Assembly: GCA_964016885.1 (NCBI GenBank)
Contig: OZ024740.1
Location: 64,294,001-64,358,000, forward strand
From: Eledone cirrhosa
Taxonomy: Eukaryota
Length of the DNA stretch: 64,000 nt
Reading direction: 5' to 3'
Shown: in pieces, positions 12,280 through 23,629 of the stretch
Position numbering within the stretch: the first letter of the stretch is position 1
How the letters are laid out: each line of letters begins with the position of its first letter
Notes under the pieces: model-generated
Database searches by the model: none
Seen by the model: the letters and a program-made list of their open reading frames with translations, nothing else
What the model was told of the DNA's origin: nothing
Program-made: the position numbers and the translations under genes

Positions 12280-13760
12280 AAATCATAGAAATGATCTATA
12301 AGGCCTAATAAAGCAAGCTATTGGGCCCCGTGCGGCAAGAATTACACCTATGAGGACAAAAGATAACTAGGACCTACACTGACCCATGGGCAAAATCACC
12401 AATCGATGGAAAGAAAACTTTTCAGAATTCCTGAACAGAGACTCTCATGTGGATGCTGCAGTTTTAGATACTATAGATCAGCAGCCTATAGTCCTCGCAA
12501 TAGATGCGCCACCCAACCTGGAAGAGGTACTTAACTCAAATGCTAAGCTAAGTCTTGGAAAAGCAGCTGGGAAAGACGGACTATTTGCTGAGATCTTTAG
12601 GTTTCGATGAGACCACTTGACTAGATCATGCATAGTGTTATTTCTGATATCGGGAGCTCTTCTATGCACAGCCGGAAACTTCTTGTATTTCTCTGTTAGC
12701 GTTCTCCAAGAATTATAGCGCAGTTTGAGAGCAAACAGAGGAACTACAGGCATGAGATTTTCAACACGCCAAATCTAAGAAAATTGTGAAGAACAGAGCC
12801 AGTGCTTATATCAGGTCATTGCCGATCTCACAAATGCCTCTCATATGGCCAACAGAGAAGCACATTAAGTTATTCTTGGAAAGCTGGGCTGGCTGTCCCA
12901 ACACCTCGTCAACTTTATCCTTCCATGATGACAGGGAGGCTTATTTCATGCTGAAGGTATTATGTTTGAACCAATAAAAGTAGAGAACGATATTAAATAT
13001 GGAGAGCTGCTAGCACCAACTTGTTTTCTATTTTCATCTCTATTGTTCTTATTGACACCTTCAAGAACTGTAACCAAGATATGTATGTACGATATCGCAG
13101 GACAGGTAACCTTTTCAGCATACGTCACTTTGCTGCTAAATCGAAAGTCCTTCTATCTCTAGTCCACGATCACCTCTACGCTGATGACCGTGACCTGGAC
13201 TCGCACACTGCCACTGGTATGTAGTGTTTCGTGGACAAGTTGTCCCAGTCATGCAATGCCTTTCGTCTGAAAAGCAGTCTGGATAAGAACAGTTGTCATG
13301 TTTTAACCAGCACCAGGCAGTCTGTGTGGAACCTTCCATCTAGATCGACAGGAAGAAGCTAAGGGTTGCTGACAACTTTGCATATCACAGTTGTACGATA
13401 GACCATCACTGCCCCCTCGGCGGTGGAATAACTCTCCGACTTAAGATAGCCACTGACGCCTTTTCTGCTTTTGTAAACTACGTGTGGTTTCATAAAGGCA
13501 TGGAAAAGAAAACGAAGATAGATGTCTATAATGCCGGTGTTCTTATAAGCCTTTACACTTGCAAGACCTGGGTGGTTTACAGGAAACATTTAAACCGAAT
13601 GCCGTGCTTCCACCCGTACTGCCTGAGATTGGTCTTGGGTATTCTGGATCGCACATGCCCCCAAAAAGAAGTACTGGAATGAGTTGATACGCTCAGCATA
13701 AAAACACATATATTCAAGCACCTACTTCACTGGGTAGGACATCTGATACCACGGGTGTTA
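12280..13760 (+). mobile_element. Degenerate RTE-clade LINE RT remnant
   Basis: GKAAGKDGLFAEIF, LYADD, KIDVYNAGVL..TWVVYRKH..FHPYCLR across broken frames. Confidence 0.8.
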
Positions 13761-13871
13761 GGAAGATCCGCAAGTGAGAACCGAAATCATGACCTTCAAA
13801 AAACTCTAATTGTGGGAGTACAAACGAGATAGACAACAAAGTATCCTATTTAAACTCGTTTATATATAAAT

Positions 13872-13953
13872 CTCCCTACCATGGTTTCATATGGGGAATG
13901 ATTTTGATTGGAACCACCAATAATTGAAAAATCCGCCATACTCTTCAGGGAAG
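13872..13953 (-). ncRNA. Type-I hammerhead ribozyme
   Basis: Minus strand cttcc-CTGAAGA-gtatgg..ccatat-GAAA-ccatgg-TA-gggag. Confidence 0.75.
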
Positions 13954-14347
13954 TTTAATTCTTCAAGACCTAAGAGAAATTGAACAAGATAGAATTACAA
14001 AAGATAAAACAGTGGAGAAAGAGTTAAGAATGTAAATTAAAAAGGAATAAAAACTATAGCGTCGTTATCACTTCATCAGCCGCCTTCTAGCTCAAGATGA
14101 TTTCGCGCGGCTAAGGAAGTATATTGTATTCAAGGCTTTCCCACGCAACAGAATCAGAAGTTCTGTTTGTATGACGCTGGTAAAGAGAAACAAAGCAAGA
14201 GAAGAGAACAGTGGGAATACGTCTGTACTGGGCTGCGGCTGACCGAATAAGACAGTGGAAGTATTAGCAGTAGTGGAGGTAGCTTTAAGAGAGAGGGGTG
14301 AAAGCGAGGGAGATAAAAATAGATAGATAGGGAGGAAGAAAGAGAAA

Positions 14348-14778
<431 letters not shown>

Positions 14779-15215
14779 ACTCCCCCATTGATTTCAACAT
14801 ATGTATCCAGTTAATTAAGTTTGGATATTTATGTTGGATATTGTATTTTAGTCTTGCCAAATATATAGAGAGAGAAGAGAAGAAAGGCGGAAATGAGAAC
14901 GATGGAGAAGAAATAGGGGGACGGGGAGCTAAGCGTTATCAATGTGTGGGGTAGGTTTGATAACGGTTAACTCCCCCGTTCCCCCCAATTTTTCTCCATT
15001 GTTCTCACTCCCGCTTTTCTTCTCTTCTCTCTCTATATACTCTCTCGATTCTCATCATATGCTTTAGACTCTGCTTCTTTCATTCTCTCCCCTTCCCCCA
15101 TCTTATCTGACCGATATTTCGCTCATATGAGGTGATAATCTATTTGCTGTGCATAATAGCCGTTGGCTGTTTTACAGCTATTTCCGTTTGGAGATTCCTA
15201 TAATTTTATGAACAT

Positions 15216-15292
<77 letters not shown>

Positions 15293-15323
15293 AGAAAAAC
15301 CACAGACCCTCCATCTCAACTCA

Positions 15324-15361
15324 CCTTTTGAAAAGCAGAAGAACTGCGAAACCGGTAAAGG
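15324..15361 (+). ncRNA. Minimal hammerhead, U3-A8 core variant
   Basis: cctt-TTGAAAA-gcag-aagaa-ctgc-GAAA-ccgg-TA-aagg, then AATAAA. Confidence 0.7.
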
Positions 15362-15492
15362 AACCAAATAAATATATATATTTAAAAAAAAAATAAGACT
15401 CCAGTTGCATTTTCGATATCATCTCTTTTTCTTTATACTTTCACTCGTGTAGGACACCTCGGTTATTTTTCATTTTGTAAAAAAAACCTCAC

Positions 15493-15530
<38 letters not shown>

Positions 15531-15539
15531 GCTTACATA

Positions 15540-16219
15540 CGTAATTCGAACTCGGGAATTTATATTCTCCGAGTGAAAAGAACCTTCTGACGAGAGTTTT
15601 TCTTTTCAATGGAGGCCCGTAAAGACTTTCCATTTATTTTTGAGACTCGAAACCGTACGGTAAAGGTAATCATAGCAGGTACAGTGAATTTTTAAAAATT
15701 TATTTGAAAACCTTTTCTTATTTGCTAAACCTTGATTATATATGTTCTGGCTCGTTAATTTATTAACCTGCCATAGAACCACATTGGCATATGGTTGGAT
15801 AATACATGTGTCCCTATATGTATTTTGCGTGTAGGGATATATACTTTATTATTATTAATCTCCCCTGGTCGAGATAACATTTGGTCGTTTTGACTGCTGC
15901 TGTTTCTACTGGTAGTAGATTGACCTCTCTGCCTCTGCCTTCTATCTTTGCACACCGCACTGGACAGAATTGCTTCCACATCATTCATTCTCATCTCGGG
16001 AACAATTTTGAATAGCGCCAGTTCGTAATTCGAACTCGGGAATTTATATTCTCCGAGTGAAAAGAACATTCTGACGAGAGTTTATCTTTTCAATTGAGGC
16101 CCGTAAGGACTTTCCATTTATTTTTGAGACTCGAAATCGTACGGTAAAGGTAACCATAGCAGGTACAGTGAATTTTTAAAAATTAATTAAAAACCTTTTC
16201 TTCTTTGCTAAACCTTGAT

Positions 16220-16221
<2 letters not shown>
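15540..16221 (+). mobile_element. Retrozyme-like non-autonomous unit: ~200-bp direct repeats 484 bp apart, each with an HHR (15582-15667, 16066-16151)
   Basis: CTGACGA at 15587 and 16071; GAAA-(c/t)cgtacgg-TA-aaggt in both; flanked by (TA)n. Confidence 0.8.
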
Positions 16222-16247
<26 letters not shown>

Positions 16248-16252
<5 letters not shown>

Positions 16253-16790
16253 AAATAAAATAAATAAGTCAAATGTTTAAAATTTAGCTTCGTTTATTAC
16301 TGCTATATATATTTCGGTGACAGCCATCTTTGGCTGTAACCTCTTCAGGCAGTCCGAATTCGTATGGTATAGACAAGTACATATGTTGTTGAGGTGTATA
16401 ACTTTGTCAATACTCTGATATCCCCAATTCCTGGTTAGTTTGTTATTTCACTGAGAACTGGAATCATATGACTCCAGTTCCTCAGTGAAATAACAACCCA
16501 ACCAGGAACTGGGCATATCAGAGTATTGACAAAGTTATACACCTCAACAACATATGTACTTGTCTATACCACACTAATTCGGACTGCCTAAAGAGGTCAC
16601 AGCCAAAGATGGCTGTCACCGAAATATATATAGCAGTAATAAACGAAGCTAAATTTTAAACATTTGACTTATTTATTTTATTTTATTTTACATTACTCCG
16701 GAGTAACAAAACCAACCTGCGCACAACGTAGAGTGCTCCAATCTGCATACTGAGGTGTTGGTATACAACCAACATATACTAAAAAAAAAA
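16248..16790. mobile_element. Fold-back PLE-type terminus: ~220-bp inverted arms centred near 16468, HHR in each arm, ~100-nt tail on the right
   Basis: HHR(-) 16299-16353 has CTGAAGA; HHR(+) 16583-16637 has mutated CTAAAGA; same family as 61710-63002. Confidence 0.85.
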
Positions 16791-16868
16791 AAATATATAT
16801 ATATATATATATATTTATTGAATAAAATGACAGCGGACTAGTGAAATTCCTTCAAAGATTTATTTAGC

Positions 16869-16930
16869 AAACACTATATACATTTCAGTGGCCAGATTCC
16901 GTAAAATCTTGGTGACATCATCAGGTGTTT
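16869..16930 (-). ncRNA. Type-I hammerhead ribozyme
   Basis: Minus strand aaacac-CTGATGA-..-GAAA-tgtata-TA-gtgttt, then AATAAA. Confidence 0.75.
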
Positions 16931-17093
16931 ATTGCATAATAGTTATATAATAAAGAGATAATGTTAAACACAATCCAAGAGGCTATAAGGCTATAAAAAC
17001 GGAGAGAAATGTTTTGGACTCGAAGTCGATCCAGAGGGCCAATTGTTGTCAGTTTGGCTGACCACCTTCCAGCGAGGATTCTCATCAATTTTG

Positions 17094-17149
<56 letters not shown>

Positions 17150-17166
17150 CGATATATTTTTATCAT

Positions 17167-17201
<35 letters not shown>

Positions 17202-18634
17202 TTTACGTCCGCTTTTCCCTGCTTGATGAAAGTATATTGAATTATTGACCAATATTCCCTCAATGCTAAACTTCAGAACCGAGGGAAATCCCAAGATATT
17301 GTTATTGGTACAACAATTTAGATATATTGTACAAAAAACAAAACAAAACAAATAATCAGTGGGATCTTTATATTATACAGCCGAACTTTCGCCAGTGAAC
17401 TTATCTTAATAAACCAATGCATTAATTAACGAAACATACAAGACACCAGCTGTCCATGATTAAGGCTGTGGCAGGATCCAAACATGTGTTGCATACCTGT
17501 TGATCTGGCCGGAACTGCTACAGTTTGTACATTGGAAGGCAGCTAGAATGCTAAATATAACTCTTCTATTTTTTAATTTGTCAAATGATGATATTAGTCA
17601 CACATCACAATATACAATAGAAGGCAAATAAAAATAAGAGACAAATTAAAGAAAAAAAAGGTATTTTCCGGTTAAAGATGTTCTGTTTAAATGGTCAGTT
17701 TATCCTCTTGTTTTACTAATAACTGCCTTAAGCGTCTTTTTGCATCACATGTAATAAATGTGCCTGTGGTTTGTAGTTATATTTAGGTTACGTCTTCACA
17801 ATGGACCATAAATATTCTCAAATTATTCAACAAATTTAATGATGAATTATTTTAATTGCGTTGGCCATTTTCCGCTTTTTTATTTATTATGATAGTGTCT
17901 AAATAATATGCAATAAAAACAAAAATTATTGAGAAATAACGTAAAGAATAACATGTAAAAAAACGAAAACAAGAAAACACCAGTAAAAACAGTACACAAA
18001 AATAGAATTAGTTCAATATTCTAAAAAGATATTTACATTGAATATTACTTGAAAATTAATGGAAACGTTTGAAAACAGATGTTAACTTACTGCATCATAA
18101 TTAGAAGAGTAATATTTTATAATTGTGATAAATTTCCATAAGGCTCCAAATATTCAGATTTAATTATAGAGATTTTGATTATAGATATAAATATACATTA
18201 TTCATTCTGTCTTTGGAAACAGTCTACAAACCGAACAGTTACTTATATCGTCATTGGTACAAATGGCGTTAATTCTTACTACTATCTTCACCTATACTAC
18301 CAACATGTACTCCACGAATCAGCCGAAGAGCTTCACCTCGTCGCACAACCAGCTAGAAATAGCAGCTAAAATTCTGCTGAAACCGATCCTTAACAACTCT
18401 GAATATATGATGGATTGATCTTAACTAAAACTTACTAATGATAGGTCAGCTTGGTCAGGACAGAGTCTGAAATTAGCAAAAACAATAACAATAACAACAA
18501 CAGCAGTAGCAACGGAACTAACTCAGTCAGGTATAAATACTTAATTTAAAGGTTCTCAGGAAGCAAGAAGACCAAGTCGATCTACTGTAGGATTTGGAAA
18601 TAGAACTAATTTATTATTTTCAGCATATAGTTAC

Positions 18635-18800
18635 AGCTTTTTACGTTCTGAGTTCAAATCCCACCAAAGTTATCTTTGCCTTTCATCCTTACGGGGTCGA
18701 TAAAATAAAGTACCAGTAACATACTGGGGTGACTTTCTTTAAGTGACTTTCTCCTCTCTCAAAATTGTTGGCCTTGTGCCTAAATCAGAAACTATTATTG
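18635..18800 (+). mobile_element. tRNA-derived SINE; minus-strand copies at ~18830-19000, 19450-19620, 32390-32520, 36355-36560, 52945-53100
   Basis: B-box GTTCAAATCC followed by the recurring core tttgcctttcatcct..ggggtcgataaaataaagtacca. Confidence 0.8.
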
Positions 18801-19860
18801 CCTTCACATTCAAACAGGGCAAACAAATTGGAAGGAGATTAACATTAGATCATATCAACGCCAGCACTTTCTTACTACTTTATTTTATTGACCCTCGAAG
18901 TATAGTAGGTAAATTTGACCTCAGTTAATATTAACCACTGAACGTACAACTCCGTTACTAAGTATCGCAAGACATTTTGTTTGACGCTAAAACAATTCTG
19001 TAAATCTCTCAGACCGACACATGGCGAAAGAATTTATAAACAAATAATTTGAGTTGAATTGAAGTCTTCTGAATACAATTTGCTGTTTATGGTTTGTGAA
19101 AAGTTGCCCTTACAATGCAAATTGATGTATTTCCTTCAAATTTCATAATTATGTTATAATAACCAATTTTGGTGTGAGTTTTAATCAATCCAGACCATCT
19201 ATAAAGAAAAGCAAATAAGCTAACGAGAATTCGGTGTTCTTTATATCTGCATCAGCCAACTTGGCGTCAGTTGTATGCTTAACGTGGGCCAATCCAAACG
19301 CCCAATTTCTTTTCAAAAAGTCACACTTTATTTTAGTGAAAATAATTTATTTGTTATTATATTCAAATAAAACTTGAAAACATCTTTTTGAACCTAATTC
19401 TTGGTCAAAAGTTTTATAGCCCTAATTATGATTGAACATAGATAAAGAGCAAGAAATTTGGTTGGGAGAAACGTTCATTTGATTATATCAGCCACAGTAC
19501 ATAGTTGGTACTTTATTTTATCGAACACAAAATAATGAAATACAAAGTATAAACGGGATTTGAACTGAGAACGTAAAGTGCGGTAATTAAATACCACAAA
19601 GTTTGTCGGATGTTATATAAATCTTTCGATAAACAATATTGTAATATATTTGTAAATATATCAACATCTTCAATTGAATTTTTATAACATTCACAATTTA
19701 TTGAAGTTATTTTATTATTAAATAAAATAAAGAACGAAATATTTAGGTAAGAAATCTATTGCGGTTCTAGTTTACGAATCAAAACCGTCAGTAAATCTGT
19801 CGGGCATAATGATTGGAGTTCGGGATTCTCAAATACATTCATGTTCATATAGAAAACTTG

Positions 19861-19942
<82 letters not shown>

Positions 19943-19947
<5 letters not shown>

Positions 19948-20490
19948 TCAGTATGTATACGTACAAACATATATGTATACAGACGTACAGTAGTATGTAT
20001 ATATATACATACATGCGCACATATATATATATGTACGTATATGTTTACCGAACATTTATTATAATGTTCGGTTTGTTTGTAAACAAACAGCCCGAATCAA
20101 GCCGTACAGTGTTCAGCAACCATCGTTGCCATTTTGTTCAACACTGACAAAGGAACGATGAACTAGTTTCAAGCTTATTAGCTATCGTCAGCATCGTATA
20201 CCTTCCTGTCAGATGGTTGAACGTTTGAAAGTATATACTTTCCTTATGCATATTAACGGCTGAGCAGCCTAATTTGCATATCGAGTGAGTTAGTCGGCCG
20301 AGAGTACCGGTAACGATAAATGGAAAAATGAAATGAAATTCGAACTGTTTGTTTACAAACAAACCGAACATTATAATAAATGTTCGGTAAACCCATACGT
20401 ACATATATATATGTGTGCATATATGTATATATATACATACTACTGTACGTCTGTGTACATATATGTATGTACGTATACATACTGATATTT
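19943..20490. mobile_element. (TA)n-flanked element with ~147-bp inverted arms and an HHR in the spacer
   Basis: 19943-20090 is the reverse complement of 20345-20490; minus strand 20156-20196 cgatg-CTGACGA-tagct..agctt-GAAA-ctag-TT-catcg. Confidence 0.75.
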
Positions 20491-20542
20491 AAGTATCAGC
20501 CGTACTAAGAGTGAGAAATTTCATTTCATTTCATTCTTTTCC

Positions 20543-20639
<97 letters not shown>

Positions 20640-20680
20640 CGAAACATAAGTCAATTGCATGAACTCATAATCCTTTATTT

Positions 20681-20736
20681 ACTGCTATACATATTTCGAT
20701 GATAGCCATTGAATAGCTATGACCTCATCAGGCAGT
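20681..20736 (-). ncRNA. Type-I hammerhead related to the 16248 family
   Basis: Minus strand actgc-CTGATGA-ggtcatagct..ggctatcatc-GAAA-tatgta-TA-gcagt, then AATAAA. Confidence 0.8.
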
Positions 20737-20789
20737 TAGTCTGTTCTTAGATATGCCAGCTCTGTGTTTATAGTGTTGATGGTATCAGA

Positions 20790-20846
<57 letters not shown>

Positions 20847-21377
20847 CACCTTTTGAAACATCTTACGACATCTAATAAGATGTTTTATTATAAAGTAAAT
20901 TGCGCAATATATTCTCTTTGATTACATGAATTCAGAGAAAGTTAAAAAAAAAAAATTGTCAATTGATGTAAGGCGTTTAGATAATGGTAAACATTAAACG
21001 AATTTCTTTGCAGTAAATTAAATAATATCCGTGATTATATATTTTTTAATCCAAAACATTAATTTGTTTATGAGCTTTGTCAAAATTTCTAGTGTAATAA
21101 AGATAAATGATATTAGAAAATGAAACTATATTACCTAACGAAGCTATATTTCAATACACATAGACATTAAAATATATTATTGTAACGATATATATTTATA
21201 ATTGTAAGAAACGTCTCATAATTGTTTGTTGCTTTTATAAAAATACTGAAAAGCTTGATTTTGTGGTGATTTGCGTGTAGACTAAAAGATAAAATGGAAA
21301 TAAAGAAAATGAAAAGGTTCAATTGCATAAATATTTACGTTTGATATCAATGTTTATTGACATAAGTAATTGTAAGA

Positions 21378-21455
<78 letters not shown>

Positions 21456-21461
21456 CTCTAT
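21378..21461. repeat. (TATC)n microsatellite flanking the Tx1-like LINE
   Basis: Direct inspection; also at 27307-27328 and 30050-30140. Confidence 0.95.
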
Positions 21462-21679
21462 CAGTCGTGTGTCACTTCGCGGAGAAGTTTCCGTTAATTT
21501 ATGTAAGGAAAAAACGTGAGTTTTTAGTTCAATTTTATATCATTGTGTAACTTGACCACCCGTCTGGACCTTCAGGTGGTGGGTCAACTCATTTTCGCCC
21601 CTTCAGGGGCGGAATATCCATTTAAAAAATTTTTCTCCATCGAATCTTGGAAAAAATATTGTAAAATTTTGATTACGTT

Positions 21680-23596
21680 ATGAACGCTGCGTCCAACGAT
21701 AATGGTGGTGGAGAGGCGGTAAGACTACAAAGCTCGCAGTCAACAACGTCTTCTTCACTAGATACTATAGAGATGGAAAGACAAAATGAAAATAAAAAAA
21801 CGAATTCACATCCAAACAACACAAATGACACCAAACAGCTCAATGACAACAAAAATAACAGCAAAACCAATAATGATGATAAAAGCAACAATGATAACAA
21901 CAACAAAGAAAAAAATAAAGACAACGCCAATAACACCAGCATCAAAGACAACAACAACACCAAGGAAAATACGGATGATACCAGCATCGGTGACAACAAG
22001 AATAACAACAAGAATAACAACAATAATGACAACACCACCAATACGGATTCCACAAAGAAACCAAAAATCTCCTTTGCGGAGAAAGTTCAAAAGAAAGAAC
22101 AATTGATATATCTCGACATAACAAATGCTGAACACCTTTTAAAGGACGCTAAGAGATATGTCACCTTCGAAAAAAATGGTGCTTTCAGCATCAATTCTCC
22201 GGTAGAAATTCGCAAGGAAACTGCTCTCAAAACGATAGTTTTTAGGACAGTTTCCAATTCTACCCGAAAACCAGTCCAATTGTCACAGAAAGATATTGAA
22301 CTGGTTTTCAAAGATTCAATGAATGATATTGCATTCATTCAAAGAAGCAAACTTTTTGGGAGTATTTCGGTACTGATGAAGGATCAATTGACGGCCCAAA
22401 ATTACTCTGTGTCGCCAATTGTATCCAACCTGTACACCTTTTTCCCTACATACATGGGAAAAAGGACACAAAAGATCAGAATCACAAGTGTCACACCAAA
22501 GGTGAACATATGGTGGATACTGTGCGGCTTCATCAATTTTGATGAAGACAGAATACTGTCAGTAGGCAAGTCCCCCAGAGATGTATTCAATGGGACTAGC
22601 ATTGAAGTTCTGGTGCAAATGAGCCCAGAGCGAATAGCTATGATCCCACAGCGTGTACTCCTGGACGGACTTACCTACATAAACCTTTCGGTTGAGGGTA
22701 GGCGGCCTTCATGTTACCATTGCTTTAGCAGGGGTCACCTGAGGGCTTCCTGTCCTAAACTAATGAACCAAAAAAAGGCTCTTCTGCCAACACCCATCAA
22801 AACAACACAACCACCAACACCACCACTACAACAACAACACCAACACACAAAAATAACCACAACAAACACAGTCCCACCCAACCTCACTCCACCTAAAACC
22901 ACTGCAAAATCACATACAGACACAACAGCTCCCCAAGACATACCCCTCCCCAATCACACAGACGATACAACAGATGAGGCTATCTCGCCATCACCCAGTG
23001 AAGACGAGGGAGAACCCCATCGCTCGAAAAGAAAGAAAAGACATCACAAAAGCAAAAAACCAGCAAACACTACCACAAACATACAACCACCAACACAAAC
23101 AACAAAAATATCACAAACAAAACCCCCACCTCCTGAAAACAAAATACCTACAACAAAACGAAAGCACACACAAGAACTACAGACAAAAACAAACACAACA
23201 CAAGAAAATTACACTTACACTTACATAAACACTGAAAACAAAACACTAATGGAGACCATTACGAACGACCCTTCGGTTTTCACCGAAGGGAAAACTTTCG
23301 CCCACTCTATAAAAAATAGCAAAAAAATGAACCTAAAACTGATTAGGGTCCCTATACAAACTTATAGGTCCCTAAAAGAAACATTTGAGAAGGATGTGGG
23401 GAATTCCTGCGTGAAACCACTCAACCGCGTCCTTCTCAAATGCCTCCCCACCCCAGACACCCCCATTCCACCAGACCCCACCCCACCAAACATCTGCGTC
23501 CCCACCCCGCCGGAAACCACCACCCATCCAGACAACCCCTCCAACACCCCCATGGAAATCGTGCGGCCTGGTCCCCAGGAGGCGAAGGGTGAGTGA
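21680..23596 (+). CDS. LINE ORF1 (gag-like), 638 aa, with CCHC zinc knuckle
   Basis: Intact ORF; CYHCFSRGHLRASC; SFAEKV motif; Asn-rich N-terminus and Pro/Thr-rich C-terminus. Confidence 0.88.
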   Translation: MNAASNDNGGGEAVRLQSSQSTTSSSLDTIEMERQNENKKTNSHPNNTNDTKQLNDNKNNSKTNNDDKSNNDNNNKEKNKDNANNTSIKDNNNTKENTDDTSIGDNKNNNKNNNNNDNTTNTDSTKKPKISFAEKVQKKEQLIYLDITNAEHLLKDAKRYVTFEKNGAFSINSPVEIRKETALKTIVFRTVSNSTRKPVQLSQKDIELVFKDSMNDIAFIQRSKLFGSISVLMKDQLTAQNYSVSPIVSNLYTFFPTYMGKRTQKIRITSVTPKVNIWWILCGFINFDEDRILSVGKSPRDVFNGTSIEVLVQMSPERIAMIPQRVLLDGLTYINLSVEGRRPSCYHCFSRGHLRASCPKLMNQKKALLPTPIKTTQPPTPPLQQQHQHTKITTTNTVPPNLTPPKTTAKSHTDTTAPQDIPLPNHTDDTTDEAISPSPSEDEGEPHRSKRKKRHHKSKKPANTTTNIQPPTQTTKISQTKPPPPENKIPTTKRKHTQELQTKTNTTQENYTYTYINTENKTLMETITNDPSVFTEGKTFAHSIKNSKKMNLKLIRVPIQTYRSLKETFEKDVGNSCVKPLNRVLLKCLPTPDTPIPPDPTPPNICVPTPPETTTHPDNPSNTPMEIVRPGPQEAKGE

Positions 23597-23629
23597 TCTC
23601 TTTTCCTCTTTTAACTTTTCAGCACCAAC

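Noticed and set aside
17497-17542. Minus-strand AG..GT micro-exon reading AFQCTNCSS (Ly6-like)
   Set aside because: 46 nt, no partner exons found; compatible with chance
21673-22135. Hydrophobic minus-strand ORFs resembling membrane proteins
   Set aside because: Antisense shadow of the Asn/Lys-rich ORF1 region
23589-23622. 34-nt intron fusing ORF1 to ORF2
   Set aside because: Very short, and the product is out of frame, reaching TAA within a few codons
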